From: Raja brachyura
Taxonomy: Eukaryota
Assembly: GCA_963514005.1 (NCBI GenBank)
Contig: OY740813.1
Coordinates: 9,486,001 to 9,550,000 of the forward strand
Reading direction: 5' to 3'
Length of the DNA stretch: 64,000 nucleotides
Below the pieces are notes generated by a model. It saw only the letters and a list, made by a program, of their open reading frames with translations, searched no databases and was not told the DNA's origin. This document shows positions 32,501 to 44,300 of the stretch, piece by piece. The position numbers and the translations under genes are program-made. The first letter of the stretch is position 1. Every line of letters starts with the position of its first letter.

Positions 32501-35500
32501 AAGAGAAATGCTGCAGTTGTGTACAATTTGAAATAAAAAAACTAAATTTGGAAATGCTCATTAGATTCACCAACACATCTATGAAGGGAGAAACTGATGA
32601 AAGCACCAGAAATTGACCTGAAATTTAAAATCTGTTTTATGCTCTACATGTGTCCTTTGACCTGATGAGTGTTTCCAACATTTTGTGTATAGGAATGCTA
32701 TACCTGGAGTCTATAATTATAGAAGCTCGAGTTGACCAGTTATACAAAGTAAACCTTTTTCTTATAGCCTTTTTTTTATCTTTTAACTCATCCCCAGGTA
32801 CGTGGGAGCACGTCTTTTGGTGTGACTGCTCTCTCTTTCTCTCATCTGGACAAGACTGTGTTCATTGCTGGTGTGGAGGGCGGCTACGTGCTGAAGTGTT
32901 CAACAGAGGTTCTGACTCTTGCATCACTCAGCTCTGGTTCCGTTCCATTGAAGGCGCCGGCCCTGTTCACCTTCTCCCCCCACTGTGGTCCTGTACATGC
33001 TGTTGCTTGCTCACCATTTCACAGGTCTGTTTATGAACAATGAATGGTGGATTACCAGAAGGGATATAAAAATTGGAAAAATCACACTTTGAAGCCTCCC
33101 CTCATTTAGGTGATTGAAATTATTCCATGAGATAATACAAATATGGAGCAAATGGGTCACTTGATTCCTCAAGCTTGCTTTGCCATTAAATAAGAACCTG
33201 GGTGATCTGATTGTAATCTCAATGTCCAATGAATGGATTATCTGATCATTGTGATTACACAAGATGGCTATTATATTTCTGTCATTGGAACAATTTTCAG
33301 GCATTTTAAGATTTGGTATGAAAATAAGAATACAGATTTCTGGTAAATTGAACTAGTCCTATACATTATCTGTAAAATTGGGTATTTATCCACTGCATAT
33401 ATTGTCAATGTTGTTCTTCTCGCAGAAACCTCTTTCTTACTGCTGGCACTGATGGACACGTTCATCTGTACTCCATGTTGCAAGCCAAGCCAGTTCTTTC
33501 TCTTCAGCTATCTCAAACTTATCTCTTCAGTGTTTGCTGGTCTTCAGTCCGGCCTCTTGTATTTGCGGCAGCCACAGGAGAAGGTAAGTGCTGTGATGCT
33601 TTAAAAGTTTGGGTTTAGCTTTGGTGGGAATTTTTTGTGTATTCATTCATTCATTTGATGCAGCGGTACTATCCAGAAGTGAGGAAGCAGTCGAGAGTCA
33701 ATTACGTTAATGAGTTAGACTATAGGGCAGATGGGTTCGAAAAAGTGGATTTCATTTCTTGAACTGACTATTTATTAATTGATAACCTGTAGATTCATGA
33801 TCGATGCTTTGTTATAGGTTACTTGAGTTTAACTTCCTTCGTTGCCATGGGTGGGATTTAAACTCCTGTCTCTAGAATAATGGTCCAGGTTCTTGATGCT
33901 GAGTCAGTAATTTAACCATTCTGTTACCACATTCCTGTGACATACATTCTCGATTAAGAAACAGAACCTGAAGCATGTTAGCTCTGGATGCCTCCCACTG
34001 CAACCAATTGGTAAGAAATGCTATATATAAATCCAAGTGATATTTTTCATGAAAGCTTTCGGGTCACTCCTGTGCTGCGAGATGTACACTGACTTGAGAT
34101 TTTATCTAGGTTGTCAAATCCCTTTATGCCTTCACCTTCCCTATCACGGTAACTTCCTCCCCCTCAAATCTCTTCATCCAGTTTTGGTCTTTTGTGCACT
34201 TTTGTTTATCAACAACTGTGCTGTGTGTTGCCTAGCCTCTGAATTCCCATTCCTCTCCTTTCTCCCTCTTTTAAGATATCCTTTGAAATCTATAACTTTT
34301 ATCGAGCTTTTGATCACCGGTTAACAGTAGGTTGGATCTTTTCTGGTATTTACTGTTTAATGTACTAAATAAAGGAGAACTTTTTTGCAGATTATTGGAG
34401 ATTGCCTCCATAAACATTGCAATGAGCCTGGGCTTTTTAGATTGTCTCATGTCAGTCGAAATTTATCTTTTACCCAACTTGAACGCTAGGAAGGGCATCA
34501 TAGAGTCTGCGTGGGTAAACAAAAGGAAATCAACAAATTACTGGAGTTGTAATTTTTCAGGATGTAGCTGGTCAAATAGATAAGGTAGAACTAGTGGATG
34601 TGGTACATTTGAATTTATCAAAAGGCTATTGATAAGGTCCTGTACCAAAGGTTAGTGTGCTGGGAGGAAAAGTGAGGTTTGAAGAGGAAGCAAAGAGATT
34701 CCTATGTGATTTGTACAAGTTAGATGAGTGGGTAAATGTATGGCATATCCAGTTTAATGTGGATAACTGAGATTATCCAATTTGGTTGTAAAAATAGGAT
34801 GCTATTATTTGTATGGTGATAATTGTGAAAAAGAGAATGCGCAAGAAGACCTCTGTTTCATAGTACAGTAGTCAATTAAAACAAAAGTTTAAGTGCAGTA
34901 AATAGTTAACAAGGCAATCTTGCTGCACCTTAACGTTTGGCATCAAAGGCAGCATTGGTCTCCATTGCAAGATTTGAGAACTGGAGCGAAGATGTGTTGC
35001 TGCAGCTGGAATGGGCTTGGTGAGACCCCATCTGGAGCTTAGTGTGTAGTTTTGGTCTCCACATCAAAGGAAGGACACTTGTCATGGAGGGTGTGCAACA
35101 AATGCTTCCTTTACTGATTTCCGGGATGGCAGCACCTACTCATTAGAAGTGATTGGTATGGTTGAGCCTAAATTCACTGGAGTATAAAAGAATGAATATC
35201 ACTGTACCTTAGTTTGTACACGTGACAATAAAAGACCTTTGAAACCCCTATAAAACTCCAACAGGACGAGAAAGAATGTTCCTTATGGTGACAGTGTTCA
35301 GAGCTAGCCTCAGGATAAGAGACTTGAAATTAGGAAAAACTGCTTCATGAGAGGGTGATGAACCATAGAAAACAATAGTCATTAAATGAATTCAGTAAAT
35401 ATATGCCACAGCCAGAAGGTATATTTATTGATGCCAAAGGGAACAAGGGCCATGGGAAGAAGGTGAGAACAGGGTACTACAGTGGGTCAGCAGAAATGCA

Positions 35501-35804
35501 GTATTATGTTGACAGGTATTTTACCTTTAAACATTGAGTGGAAATTTTGTTTCTTATTCCAACAGGAACGGTGTTGATTTTTGACCTGGAGCAGAGTTCT
35601 CTATGTCCCTCCATTTCTATTGAGCAGTGTGCAGAGAACCAACCAGTTTACTGCCTGGCTTTTAATCCAAAACAGCCACAGCTTCTTGCAGCTGGTAATG
35701 CGGAAGGAAGTGTCAAAATCTGGCAGCTAAGTGCTGAACTGATGAAGCAAGGACCAAGAGAGATGAATCTACTCGAGCAGCTTGCTAATGAAGTAGCAGA
35801 TTGA
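17250..35804 (+). CDS. DYNC2I2: Cytoplasmic dynein 2 intermediate chain 2 (WDR34), complete, 500 aa, 8 exons
   Basis: Exons 17250-17585, 25426-25535, 26673-26830, 31049-31158, 31833-31997, 32798-33024, 33426-33583, 35566-35804; 1503 nt, phases consistent; QT light-chain motifs, [13 protein letters not shown]40 repeats, C-terminal [17 protein letters not shown]. Confidence 0.96.
17761..17906 (-). mobile_element. Penelope-like terminal-repeat fragment
   Basis: AAGGAACTGTAGATGCTGG...GTGACGTTTCGAGTTGAGACCCTTCAGAC, with internal deletion. Confidence 0.65.
18485..18725 (+). mobile_element. Old tRNA-derived SINE, degenerate
   Basis: TGGACTAGCAATCCAAAGACC...GGTGACCA...AAACACATCTGATTC...GGGAATCTACC resembles an abundant chondrichthyan SINE (recognition from memory); related head at 33840-33930 (-). 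Confidence 0.4.
18735..19205 (+). mobile_element. Penelope-like element 3' region with degenerate hammerhead motif
   Basis: Pyrimidine-rich tract then CTGAACAAGGATCGCGACCCAAAACATC...GATGTTGCCTGACCTGCTGAGTTCCTCCAGC. Confidence 0.6.
19497..19591 (-). mobile_element. Penelope-like terminal-repeat fragment
   Basis: GACACAAAAAGCTG..CAGCGGGACAGGCAGC..TTTCGGGTCGAGACTCTTCTTCAGAC. Confidence 0.7.
21424..21715 (-). mobile_element. Penelope-like element 3' region
   Basis: GAGACCCTTCTTCAGACTG followed by the purine-rich tract shared with 54260-54530. Confidence 0.65.
22330..23060 (+). mobile_element. CR1 LINE 3' fragment (RT C-terminus + 3' UTR)
   Basis: [43 protein letters not shown]; ends CCTGCACCTATTTTCTATG. 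Confidence 0.92.
23881..24840 (-). mobile_element. CR1 LINE 3' fragment (23881-~24455) plus an adjoining more internal fragment
   Basis: [49 protein letters not shown]; (TTCTATG)n-type tail at 23881-23910. Confidence 0.9.
25426..25535 (+). CDS. DYNC2I2: DYNC2I2 exon 2
   Basis: [37 protein letters not shown]. Confidence 0.95.
25998..26314 (-). mobile_element. tRNA-derived SINE (HE1/V-SINE-like) with CR1-related tail
   Basis: Minus strand starts GGGCAGCACAGC.. with B-box GGTTCGACCC, body TGCTGTCTGTACGGAGTTTGTACGTTCCC, tail GGGCCGAAGGGCCTGTTTCCACGCTG..CTAAACTAAA. Confidence 0.85.
26673..26830 (+). CDS. DYNC2I2: DYNC2I2 exon 3
   Basis: [28 protein letters not shown]...[12 protein letters not shown]. 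Confidence 0.95.
27165..27600 (-). mobile_element. Rex1/Babar-type LINE 3' fragment, degenerate
   Basis: Similar to 40690-41192 (AACAATGAAATTCTTATTTGCTGCAGC, GCCTGATGG..GGGAAG, GGCTCCTGTACC). Confidence 0.6.
27950..28330 (+). mobile_element. Old CR1 3' fragment
   Basis: GTATAAAATTATG..GATAAGAG..GAGATGAGGAGGAATT..TTTGGAATTCTC matches the CR1 3' consensus seen in younger copies. Confidence 0.55.
30134..30411 (-). mobile_element. Young CR1 3' end
   Basis: CATAGAAACATAGAAAA tail; [23 protein letters not shown]; near-identical to 59714-60000. Confidence 0.9.
30415..30722 (+). mobile_element. Older CR1 fragment
   Basis: TTGGTGAGACAGCACCTGAAGTATT..TTTTGGT..AGGAAGGATA. Confidence 0.6.
31049..31158 (+). 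CDS. DYNC2I2: DYNC2I2 exon 4
   Basis: [36 protein letters not shown]. Confidence 0.95.
31833..31997 (+). CDS. DYNC2I2: DYNC2I2 exon 5 (probable GC donor)
   Basis: [27 protein letters not shown]...[15 protein letters not shown] then AAG/GCGAGC. Confidence 0.85.
32798..33024 (+). CDS. DYNC2I2: DYNC2I2 exon 6
   Basis: [29 protein letters not shown]...[18 protein letters not shown]. Confidence 0.94.
33426..33583 (+). CDS. DYNC2I2: DYNC2I2 exon 7
   Basis: [22 protein letters not shown]...[15 protein letters not shown]. Confidence 0.95.
34575..35490 (+). mobile_element. Old CR1 RT/3' fragment, heavily decayed
   Basis: GTGGATGTGGTACATTTGAATTT..AAAGGC..GATAAGGT (VDVVYLDF.KAFDKV-like), TTGGTGAGACCCCATCTGGAG, TTTTGGTCTCC. 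Confidence 0.7.
35566..35804 (+). CDS. DYNC2I2: DYNC2I2 exon 8
   Basis: [11 protein letters not shown]...[30 protein letters not shown]...EVAD*. Confidence 0.96.
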
Positions 35805-37397
35805 CTAAAGACCTAGTGAGATACTTTGGGGAAATTTACCCCATCTCTTTAGGATTGGGAGATTATACATCATGAACTGATTTATCATATTTTCTTAAGA
35901 TTATTAAAAATGTTAATATTGATTTATTTACAGCTTAACACATATTTGTAATATTTTTTTAAGGCAGATACAAAGTATTTATGAACAAGAATTGTAATTC
36001 CTTGGGTCAAGCATACATGAGCGGCAACTCATCCAGCTGTTTTGAATTGGGTGTTCCCATCCAGCATCATGGAGAATCCTCTTATTTCCATTTGATTGAT
36101 TTTTACTTTTGCTTGCATGTCTGGTAAGAAAATGGGATTTTCAGGGTCTTGCAGATCTGGATCAGGACGGTCAAGATCCCTAAATATCTAGGTGTAATTC
36201 ATGAGAGAAGTGGAATCCACTTCAAAATTACAACCTCCTCCCATTGAAAACCACTCAATCGCTGGGTGAAAAAAATACTCGCTGGCATAATGACAATGAC
36301 AGTGCTGTCAGTTCATTACAAAACTGAAAGCAGTTTGGAATTTCCACCCTAACATTTTAGCACGTTTATTCTGATTTTCAAGGCTTTGTGCTATGCTGTT
36401 TTTCAGAGTTACCCCAATCAAGTGAAATTGGTGGAATGGGTAAAAATCTAATGGATTTATAAACTGACCTTGCACTAAATACACTTCAAGATTTCTCTTT
36501 GGGTGAGGTCTAAATAACTGCAGTGTTGTAATAAGTGAAGATTGCTGTGAAGAACAAAATTATCTGAGCTGTAACTTCCTTGCATTTCAAGATGTAATAA
36601 TTGTATTAAAAATATCAAATGTTCAATGTATGTGTTGTCTGAGTATTTAATTTAATATTAACTAAAATTGTGTTTTTTTGGTGGTTGTTTTTGAAGCTTA
36701 TGAAACTGGCTGTTTATTCAATCTCATGACATTGTGTCTGTTGGATTCAATTGGCCATACAGCACTGCCTAGCAGTAGCGAAATTAGAAATAGTAAGTTC
36801 TTGTTACAATGACTGCTAGATTTTGGTTAGTAGCTTTTGGGCAAATCCATTCTCTGGCCAGTTTCAGGATTAGACTGGTCACCGTGGCTTTGCAGGGCAG
36901 ACTACAACCACCTCTTGCCCATTCAAGTATCCTGACTTGTACTGATTTGAATTTAATAGTTTTGTTCCGTTACTTTGGAGACACTGAAACAATTGCTCTG
37001 ATTTTATGACAGAAGGTCAATGGTTGGAACTATTATTGATATACTGGAACTGGTTGAATTGTCGCCACTTACCATAGCCATCATTCTTTGTGCGAGGTAT
37101 GACTTGGCTAAGTGGTCTTTGCTTGATGACTATTGAGGTCAGTTTTTAGCGGGGCTCCTTGTTGACACTTAATCATCTTGTGCCTAGCTACAACGTGAGC
37201 ACTTGCGTTTCCTTCAGCTCTAATATTTAGCTCCTTAGGCCACATTTTGCAGCTCATGGCAAAACCCTAACTGGCTAAATTGGTGAGCAAGTGCTACCTG
37301 ATGGTTTTGACCAATATTACCTTCGTAGGAGTCCATTTTATTAATCTTTCTTTTGGCTTACACTTTAATCCAGAATCTGCGTTGCTATTGCAGCACT

Positions 37398-37775
37398 CAT
37401 AAGTTATAGGAACAGAATTAGGCTATTCAGCCCATCGTGTCGACTCCACTATTTAATCATGGCTGATCTATATTTCCTTCTCAACCCCATTGTCTTCCTT
37501 TCTCCCCATAACCTTCAACACCTTTACTAATCAAGAACCTTTACGATGCCTCCGGTCTGTAACAATGAATTTCAGTTTCACCGCCCTCTGGCTAAAGATT
37601 TTGTGCATTCTTTCCTTGACCTACGTGGGTTTTCTCCAAGAAGTCCGGTTTTGTCCCACACTGGCTTGGTAAAATTGTGGATTGTCCCTAGTGTGTGTAA
37701 GATAGTGTTAGTGTATAGTGGTCGCGGATGGGGGCGGATTCGGTGGGCCAAAGGGCCATTTTCCATGCTGTATGT
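37398..37775. mobile_element. CR1 3' end (-, ~37398-37595) abutting a SINE 3' half (+, ~37600-37775)
   Basis: GAATTAGGCTATTCAGCCCATCG..CATGGCTGATCTA; AAATTGTGGATTGTCCCTAGTGTGTG..GGTGGGCCAAAGGGCC. Confidence 0.65.
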
Positions 37776-38050
37776 CCACTTATTGCAAATGAAACCCTAA
37801 AAATATTATATTTTATATAAAGTGTTTTGTGCATTAACTCATTTCCCTTGCTCGCTACCATTTTCTTCCTGCAGCATTACCACCATCTCACCTCTGGGCA
37901 GCTGCAAGTTGATGGGTGGCAATGTACATTCAATTGTATTATTGTAAAAATTTGAAAATAAAAGATGTTTGCTAAGGAAGAAACTCCAATGCAAAGTGTT
38001 ACCACAGTCATTGAATACTATCACCATTTCTCAGTTTGAATCAGTAAGTG

Positions 38051-38056
38051 TTTAAT
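38051..38056 (-). terminator. Candidate SPTAN1 polyadenylation signal (ATTAAA)
   Basis: ATTAAA 165 nt after the stop codon. Confidence 0.5.
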
Positions 38057-38220
38057 GTTTTCAGCACACTACAGTAAAGAGTACAGAGTAAAAAAAAGTT
38101 TTCAGGCAAAGCACAAGCAAACCGATTAATTGTAGTCTTGCTGCACAGTTTATAGGTGCATGGAAGTTAGGCAGGGTCATGCAGAATAACTGTTAGCAGG
38201 TAAGCCTAGATTTTGGAAGC

Positions 38221-38346
38221 TTAGTTCACAAACAGCGATCGTGTGAATTCCACATAGTCGAAGGCCGAAGGAATCTCTCTGCCTTTGCTATCTGTATACG
38301 GCTTCATGTGCGAGAGGCAATAATCGGCCTGCTCCCTGGAAAGGTT
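38221..38346 (-). CDS. SPTAN1: SPTAN1 last exon
   Basis: [41 protein letters not shown]. Confidence 0.96.
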   Translation of the reverse strand, partial: NLSREQADYCLSHMKPYTDSKGREIPSAFDYVEFTRSLFVN

Positions 38347-41300
38347 CTAGAAAGAAAAGAATAATTGATTCAATCTAGACAAAATTGTAATATATTTATC
38401 ATAGATTTTTTCTAGCTTCTACAAATAGTCTGGATTCAATATTAAAACAATCTGATCTGGTTGAGTACAGCAAAGTTCAATAGTAGAATCAGTGACATTA
38501 TCGCATCAATCACTAACGACGTGTTTCTTTTAGAATTACAACTTCCATGTTCTAATGATCTAATTGTTTTGTTTTAGACAGAGGACAGTGTTGGGGTTCT
38601 GACATTTTTTCTTAATTTGCCATTTGAGAGGCACCAGAAGACTGGAGTTCTCCACTTTATCCAAAAAGGGCAGGAGAGACAAGCCTGGCTTCGTAGGCCA
38701 AGGCATTGTGCACGAGTTGGGATGTCATATTGCAATTGTCCAAATCAGCTATAGACTGCACTTAGAGTTTTCATTGCCAATTTACAGGAAAGATGTGCTA
38801 GTAATAGAGTGCAGAAGTAATTTACCAAAATATTGCCTGGAATGGAAAGCAGTAGTAATATGAGATTAGATGGGTGACCTTATGGAAGTTCATAAAATGA
38901 TGAGAGGCATAGATAGGACAGTCCATTGCCCAACACAGAGGAGTCTAAACCTACAGAGCACGGTGTCTGAGGTGTAGGTTTTCAGAGGTTGGTGGCGCTC
39001 TGGAACAAGTTACGATAAGAGGTGGCGGAGGCAGATAAAATTATAACAATAAGATGTTTGGATGGGTATTTAAAAAGTACAAAGTGATATGGGCCCATTA
39101 TGTAAAGTATTAGCGGACGTGTGTAGAAATTTCTGTGCTGTACGATTCTATTGATCACAAACATCTTGTATATGTGCTGCAGTACCTGATACAATTCTTC
39201 ACGTGTGACAAATTGTTTTCCTTCTGAGCTGAGGGCACGGAAAGCACTCTCAATCTCTTCACTAGACTTAACGTTCTCTGTTTCTCTGCTGATCATAAAG
39301 GCCATGTATTCCTGTAGTGAAACGTATCCATCTCTGCAAATAAGACACAGTAATCATCAATGCAAGAAGTAAAATATGATTATTTTAAAATCTAGTTTTA
39401 CTGGCATTGAAAATAGTTAGAGAAACTGTCACTGTATTATCACATATTATACTACAATAACTAATTTTAAGTGGTTTACTTTGCAAGCTCCCCACTCCCT
39501 TCTGAAGTACATATACATATGTCTCCTTCCCCTTATTTTCTCCCTCTCTGTGATGAAACCAAAATGTATTAGTCTCACCGGTTGGGATCAACAGCATTCA
39601 ATATAGCTTCAAACTCAGAGTCTGGTTCTCCTTCCTCTACCATCGGCAAATCATAACCCAGGGAGCGCAAGCATGATTTAAATTCCTGATGATTCAGTCG
39701 TCCGGACTTGTCCTTGTCAAAATGCCTGGGAGAAAAATTAAAATGTTAACATGTCAGCACGGTGACAATTTACAAAACAAAATTGGACAAAATAAACCCA
39801 CACTTACTTGAACATCATGCTGAATTCTTTAAGAGCTTCCTCTGTCACACCAGTAGTGTTCCTATAAAATATAAAAATCAATCTAAATTTTCTGAAATAT
39901 GTACACCTGTTGAGTGTAAATTGAAAATGGTCAAGGAATGGCGATGTGTTTTTCTGTTTTCCCACTTCAAGAGAGCCAACTTCTTGGTTTCTAATGCCAT
40001 GTTCTTAGCCAAGTTTCATATCAAAACTTGTCAGTGCTCAAACAAACTATTTCACCTGCTTTGCACCTTTTAAGTTTACTTCTCTTGTTCATTTCCCTTT
40101 AAAACCAAAATCTTAGCATTCAGAGAAGTTTCAGATTCTTCAGCCTCACCCTGTATTTCCTGCTCAGAACCCTACATGTGGCTTTCTATAACGAGGTAAT
40201 GGAAACTGCTTTTCTTTGCCTCCTTTCCCAAACCAGAATATCTCAAATCTTTGTTGCTCCATGGGAGAACAACCCAGCTTCCTTAACCTAAAAGTAGTGA
40301 GAAAAATAAAATCTTTCCTGCAGCCCTCCTCTACCCACTTAAAACCTTCACAGTTTAAACTATAATTGCTTACCTGGCCTGTATTTGTTGTTCCAAGTTA
40401 TGTTGCATTCTCATGCCCAATTGATCCAGTTGGTCCCATTGCTGTGCCAACCCCACAGTGCTGTGCTCAGTGTACTTATTATCTAAGATCAATGCTTCCT
40501 CCATTGCTGCTCCTAGGTCCTCAATCTTTTTCAATTGACTTCTCATTGCTCGAATCTCCTGATGCTTTCTCTGTGAATGAAGACATGATAGGCAAGGAAG
40601 AGAGTCACTACAGTTTCTTGGTACCACAAAGGTAAATGTGCAACCATATTATTAATGACATTCCGAATGCAAACAACACCAAGAATGCATAAGTCAAGAG
40701 TGTTTTATTGTCATGTGTCCCAGATAGAACAATGAAATTCTTACTTGCTGCAGCACAACAGAATATGTAAACATAGTCCACTGTAAACAATATGATAAGA
40801 GGGAAAAAAAGTGTGAAACATCCCAAGTACACATATTTACATATTATATATATACATACCCACGTGTGGGTATTATATACACATGCAAATATATACACAC
40901 ATACTCAAAAAAACAATAGCAGTGTAATAATAATCTATTGTAGTTCAGAGCTTATTTGAGGTTGTAATGTTTAATAGCCTGATGGCTGTAGGGAAGCTGT
41001 TCCTGAACCTGGACGCTAGTTTTCAGGCTCCTGTACCTTCTCGATGGCAGGGGTGAAATGAGTGTGTGGCCTGGATGGTGAGGGTCTCTGACGATGCTGG
41101 CTGCCTTTGAGGCAGCGACTCGGATAAATCCCTTTGGTGGTGGGGAGGTCAGAGCCAATGATGGACTGGACACTGGTCACAACTTTTTGCAGTGGTTACA
41201 CTACCAAGGTTACCCATTTATTTTATTATTATAATGGGTGCAAGGAAGGAGAAAAGTTTCTGACGAGTAACCAATTGTTGACAAAACAACTCAATGGGAA

Positions 41301-44300
41301 ATGAGAAATTGCTTAACTCGGGTTTATAATTTCCGAAAGGCATCATTTTAATAGAAAACAATAATCAAACCGATTTTAAGTGTGAAATCGGACTGATTCG
41401 ATAGGTTCTTTTTTGGGATTGGGGTAAAAAGTAAAACGAATAGCAACATGTAAAGAAATTATCTCTTGAATGATTCGAGATTTTTTGAAGAACCACTGAA
41501 ACAAGGACAAAAGGGAATTTACCTCATTTCCCCTCACCTTAACTCTCAAAATTGTTATTCAATTTATTTAATAACTTGAAAATCATTCCATGTTATAATG
41601 ATTCCATGCAAACAAAATATTTTCCAATTTGTTCTCATTACTAATACAAATAGTAATTTTGAAATCCAAAAGTCTTTCTCCTTGTAGTACTGATTCATAA
41701 ATCTTTCAAAACATCTAATTTTAGTTCTGAGTATTCAGTATCCCTCCCTTATCTACATAATTCAATATTTAGGGAATGAAGCTTGCCATACCTTGGTTGC
41801 CTCCAGCTGTGACTCCAGTGTTCCCGATTCCTCCACCATGCAAGACCTGATGTACAGGTTGAACAGAATTATAAAATGATCTAATGAAGGCGTGCCATTA
41901 TTAAGATAATTCACCTTTAAAAATAAATTCTAGAAAATGTCATGCTCAGAATGGATAAATAGCTATTTCAATTCTAGAACTAAAAGGCAGGTCACTGATT
42001 GGTTTCTCAGTTAAAATTAATTATTTTAAAACAGAACTACACAAACTCTAGAAACATAGGAAATAGGTGCAGGAGTAGGCCATTCAGCCCTTCGAGCCAG
42101 CACTGCCATTCAATATGATCATGGCTGATCATCCATAATCTAGCTTTTTCCCCATATCCCTCGATTCCCTTAGCCCTAAGAGCTAAATCTAATTCTCTTG
42201 AAAATTAACATTGTAAACTCTCTAACATAAGGCACAAGTTCATTGAACTTTCATGATTTAAAAAGTACATTTAACAAGGTTAGTGGCCTCTGCTACTTTG
42301 AAAAAGATTACATTTATTGAAAATAACTAACCTAATTATCAAAGAAAGTAGATACATAGAACTACAGATGCTGGCTTATCACGGGATGAGAAAAAATGCT
42401 GAAGTAACTCAGCGGGTCAGGCAGCACCCCTGGAGAATATGAATAGGTGGATGTTTTGGGTCTGGATCCTTTTTCCTGGGTCTATCGGTCTGAAGAAGGG
42501 TCCCAACTCAAAAAGTCACCTATCCATTCTCCAGGGATGCTGCCTGACCGCTGAGTTACTTCAGCATTGTTTCTTTCCAAAAATCAAGAAAAGGTGGTCA
42601 TATTCAAATGTCACTCATAAGGCTGCAAACCTACAGTTAAAAAAAATGTTTTTATTTGTAAAGGCAACGCTAGAAATCTCAACTTGATTCACATTTCTGT
42701 AATCTGACAGGAAGTGCTCTGCTTCTCTGCATGTAAAGGATCTGTCTCCTTCATTAATCTGATTTTCTCCATTCTCTGTTTTAATGTATAACATGTGCTG
42801 TAGCAAAGTTGACTACAAAGACTTGGCTGCCATTTAGTTTCGAATATAAATCTGCTCCTGTTCCACAAAGGTTACATGTCAGTCGGGGTAAGCCAAGTTT
42901 TCCAACAATACTCAGGCTTTAAAAAATGAAAGTTGGAGAACCTAAATTCATTAACATATTTATTTAAACATGCAAGGCCATCCAGCTTACCATGTCAGGA
43001 CCAACTACCAGCAAAGCAATCTCATCAGATGCATCCCTGCTTCCTATTATCCTGTGCAGCTGTGCAACTTATTCTCTCATACCCAGAACATGACAGACGG
43101 CTACAGGGAAAATCAAAATCCTTTTGATTTTTTACCCACAACTAGGGGATATTTTACAGTAGCCCATTATAAACTACTAGCATGTCCTGGGATGAGAGTG
43201 GAAACCAGAGCATCCAACAAGAACCATTACATTGACACAGAAAACGTGCAAACTCCACGCAGATAGGAGATAAGGATCAAACTTGTGTCCCTGGAGCTGA
43301 GGCGGCAGCACCACCAACAGGTGCTCGAGTAGAGCTAAATCCTAAGACCCAGGAAGAGTTAGTTGCGGTAAAGGGCATATCTACAGATCCACGGAATGAC
43401 AAGGGAGAAAGAAAGAGAAGGACTTTGTTCGAAGTCATACTCTTCAATCTGCACCAATGTGGCATTTGCAACTCAATGTTCTTTCTCCAAACTAATAAAG
43501 TAAATTTTATATTAATTCCTGATGATCAATGGTAGAATCAACTGAGATATACCAATATTATTGGAACGATCCAGTTATAAAGAATATTACAGACAAGCTC
43601 TTTTAAAGAAAGTGTTAGGATAGAAGCCCTTCTACATTTTGTAGTTCCCAGATATCTCAGGCAATCAGTAATCAAAGTGTCACGAGGCCTTGGTCATAAA
43701 TTCCTAATAACTGGACCATGCAGAACATAGGTAGAAGCCGAGAAGAATATTGTTCCAAATCACAGAAGGTGCATTAATTCAGTGCGGTAGAAAATAAAGT
43801 GCGCATAATCATTAAAAAATTGCATGTCAGCAAATGTGGCATCTAGATACGTGAATTAATTTTGAAGTAGGCAAATAGACTTTTACGGCTGCGACTCTAA
43901 ACCAGCTTCACCATTTGTTTATTTAACAAATTTAATTAAGTTCCAGATGAAATGTTACATCTTGGAAGTAAAGCCCATATAAACCAACAGAAAATTAAGT
44001 TTTGCTAAAACAAAACCCATGTGTATGTTGTTTAAAAAAAATTCTGATTCCATGTAGCAGTTCGGTTTCAAATGTACATGCTGCTTTAGCTACAGTATCC
44101 TCCATAATGTTTGGGACAGACCCATCATTTATTTATTTGCTTCTGTACTTCACAATTTGAGATTTGTAATAGAAAAAATCACACGTGTTTAAAGTGCACA
44201 CTGTCAGATTTTATTACTTTTTGGTTGCACCATGTAGAAATTACAGCTGTGTTTATACATAGACCCCCCCATTTCAGGGCACCATTTGTTTGGGACATAT

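Noticed and set aside
32779-32797. TCTTTTAAC close to the acceptor, resembling a U12 branch point
   Set aside because: No RTATCCTT-type 5' splice site at the upstream exon; a U2 GC-AG intron fits better.
41200-41780. AT-rich stretch faintly resembling an ancient L1 ORF2 fragment
   Set aside because: Could not recover convincing motifs by eye.
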